Position numbers and translations under genes: made by a program. A DNA stretch of 64,000 bases from the human T2T-CHM13v2.0 reference genome, Homo sapiens, in the NCBI RefSeq assembly GCF_009914755.1, contig NC_060926.1; one strand, given 5' to 3'. The notes under the pieces are model-generated. The model searched no databases and was not told where the DNA came from. It saw only the letters and a list, made by a program, of their open reading frames with translations. Numbering within the stretch: position 1 is the first letter of the stretch; each line of letters starts with the position of its first letter. Below, in pieces: positions 61,601-64,000 of the stretch.

Positions 61601-64000
61601 TTGCTCAGCTTATAGCAACGGACTTCTCTAGCTTATTGCCCACGTATGTTCGGATGAATCAGGCCCAGATAGCTGTCTAGGTGGCCTTGCAGCATATTCT
61701 CAATGTAATGGTAATGTTAGCAGAAGGACTGTGAAAACTGCGATCCAGTACTCAGATAAAGCCATAAGAGGAGAGTCAACATTTAAGCAGATATAATTTA
61801 ATATCAGTGAGAGAGATGACATATTTGAAACAGAGTAGAGGATTATATCAGATCCACAGTTCTTTAGAGTTAAATGGAAAAAAAAAATGTATCTTAAGAA
61901 CCAAAGGAATGCAAAATCTAATTAACCCTCTGGGTTATTGTATAACTTCTGGAGGTCTTTCCCATGTAATTAGTCATTGTATAATTAATTCTGAGATTGG
62001 ACTACCTGATGACCTCCTATGAGTATTGGAGTAATTGACTTAGCCAACACAAATAGGTGCGATATAGCCCATTTGACTCAAACCAAACATCAGTCATGTC
62101 CTGCCTGAAATCTCTGGTTATTAAGACACTTGCCAAGTTGAGAAGCTGTCCCCTAAAACTGCACAGGACAATAATCATCAAGTGGTGTAGAATGCAATAA
62201 TTGTTTACTTAATGGGAAAATATCTTTCAATGGCAGAAAGACTTAAAACTAAATATAGAAAATATTTGAGAGAATCAAATGTATGGTATTAATATCTTTG
62301 AAATAAGAAATCTGTGCATGATTCTTTACATATATATGTATAACTCAAAATTTTAACTTGATAGAAACAACAGATTGGCCTCATAATTCCAATTTGAAGT
62401 ATATTTTTAAGCAATTGAAAGACTCATGATTTTTAAGTAGACATCTTAGTAAAATTAAAAATATCAATGAAAAGCTTAAGATAATTCAAATTTCTGAATA
62501 ATTATAAGTTTGATTCATCAAAATTTTAAGAGTTTTTTTTTTAATTATGGAGGTTTTAACCTAAACGTATGTATATTAACCTTAAAATATCGGTTTGAGG
62601 TGTTAAGAGGAGTTTTCCTGTTTGTAAAGTAGATAGAACATTAGCCAAAGGCCCTTTTAAAGGTGATTGTTAAAATTTGCTAGATAATAATAATAATACA
62701 TTTATGATTAACTTTTAAAAACCAAAGTAAACCTCCACAATGCTTTCCCATGCACAAGGCAGCCCTGCAAAACACACATTATTTAATGTGAACTAATCTC
62801 TTTGCTAAGCTTTCTGCTTGTTTGCCTTTCCATTTGGCTTTTTTTCAAACCTCCTCGAAGATGCCTTCAGGCCTGGGGGTGGCAGGACAGAATCACTAGG
62901 TGACACCCAAAGACCATGAAAAGAGTTGCCAGATGGATGAGCACTGTGAGGTTGGAGAGAGACAGGGAAGCTAGGAGAGAGGCAGGGAAGGCTTCGGAAG
63001 TCATCAGAAGCTTTTCAAGAGACTACAGACGACCCCTGGCTACAACTGGGGAAGGCCAAGTTTTATCCCTAAGTACACACTGTACCCGTCCACCTTTGGA
63101 TCCAGCTCCTGATGTTTGGTCTTATTATCTTCAATGATAAGGAATGAGGAGTCAGAGCGTGTTTCTCCCTGAAAGCCAGTGTGACTCCTTGTTTCTGAGA
63201 TTCTTTTGTTAGTCTTTGCTTGTTGAGGTTTTGTCTTTCCCTAAGGGTGAATTCCCTGGCACAATGGACCACTCCCAGCTCTATGCGGGTGCTTTAGCTG
63301 GCAAAAGAACTGAGGTTGAAATATGAGATTGACTTTCTGGGTGAGGTTCCTGTTTGTTCAAAGCCACCTCCTATCTTTCTCCTCTGAAGCCACCAAAGAA
63401 AACTCTGAAGATCCCGGAGTGACCCTTAATTAGCTCAGGAAGGAGGTACAGGGTAGCTGAAATAGAACTCCTTTCTTTTCTCTATAGCAAATACAGTCAG
63501 GGCCAAAAGCCTTTTATGGACTAATCATTTTTCCCTGGTTTGATCTATTATCTGGGTACATTGCAACAACTTTGCCTCTGTTCCTTTTAGACAAACAGCT
63601 AGGTTTTGAGTGAGTGATTTCTTTAGCTCCAGCAGCTACGATTTTGGGAGTGCCCAGCCATTATCTTCAAATGGCTATTCTCTTTCGTTTGGGGAAATGC
63701 AGTGGTAAAACATCAGAGCTGGTCCTGCGGAAATAACGAAGTGGCCAAGGTCATCGAAAGGATCTGGCCTGTTGTTCCTCTGCTTGCCCCTGCCCACCTC
63801 CAGGCCTCAACACCAACCTCCGCTTATCAAAATATGTTCGTAGGAAAATTCAGAACAAGCACGTTCCATTTTGGTATGTTAGATGTCTCAGAACACCAGC
63901 ATCTGAGCCAAGTTTGAGAAAAGTGAATTTCAGGCAGGAAAGTGGCTTAAAAGGGTTTTTTGGGGAAAGAGGGACTTCCCTCTCATACTAAGGACAGCCT

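Noticed and set aside
61000-64000. Possible SLC9A2 promoter or first exon in the unique sequence at the window end
   Set aside because: No CpG island and no NHE-like peptide in any frame; SLC9A2 does not begin inside this window.

Overview
Human genomic DNA, recognised as the 3' end of SLC9A4 (Na+/H+ exchanger NHE4, chr2q12) plus about 53 kb of repeat-dense downstream sequence. From recall, that sequence lies between SLC9A4 and its tandem paralogue SLC9A2, which is not in the window. Three + strand coding exons (1995-2126, 3230-3317, 9301-9659) splice in frame to give the cytoplasmic C-terminal tail of NHE4. The main features are: (i) a full-length minus-strand L1HS (43315-49363) with pre-Ta diagnostics (ACG/G), open ORF1, ORF2 and ORF0, an intact YY1 site, a poly(A) tail and a 14-bp TSD, so potentially retrotransposition-competent; (ii) a twin-primed (5'-inverted) L1PA2-like insertion in the SLC9A4 3' UTR that carries the first canonical AATAAA after the stop codon; (iii) a second twin-primed L1PA with a 14-nt putative 3' transduction; (iv) nested L1-in-L1 and LTR-in-LTR-in-ERVL structures with readable TSDs. 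I see no evidence for a new protein-coding gene or a wholly new biological system. Most short ORFs in the track are Alu, L1 or ERV artefacts. Repeat subfamily names and consensus comparisons are from memory, not from RepeatMasker, and boundaries of old repeats are approximate.
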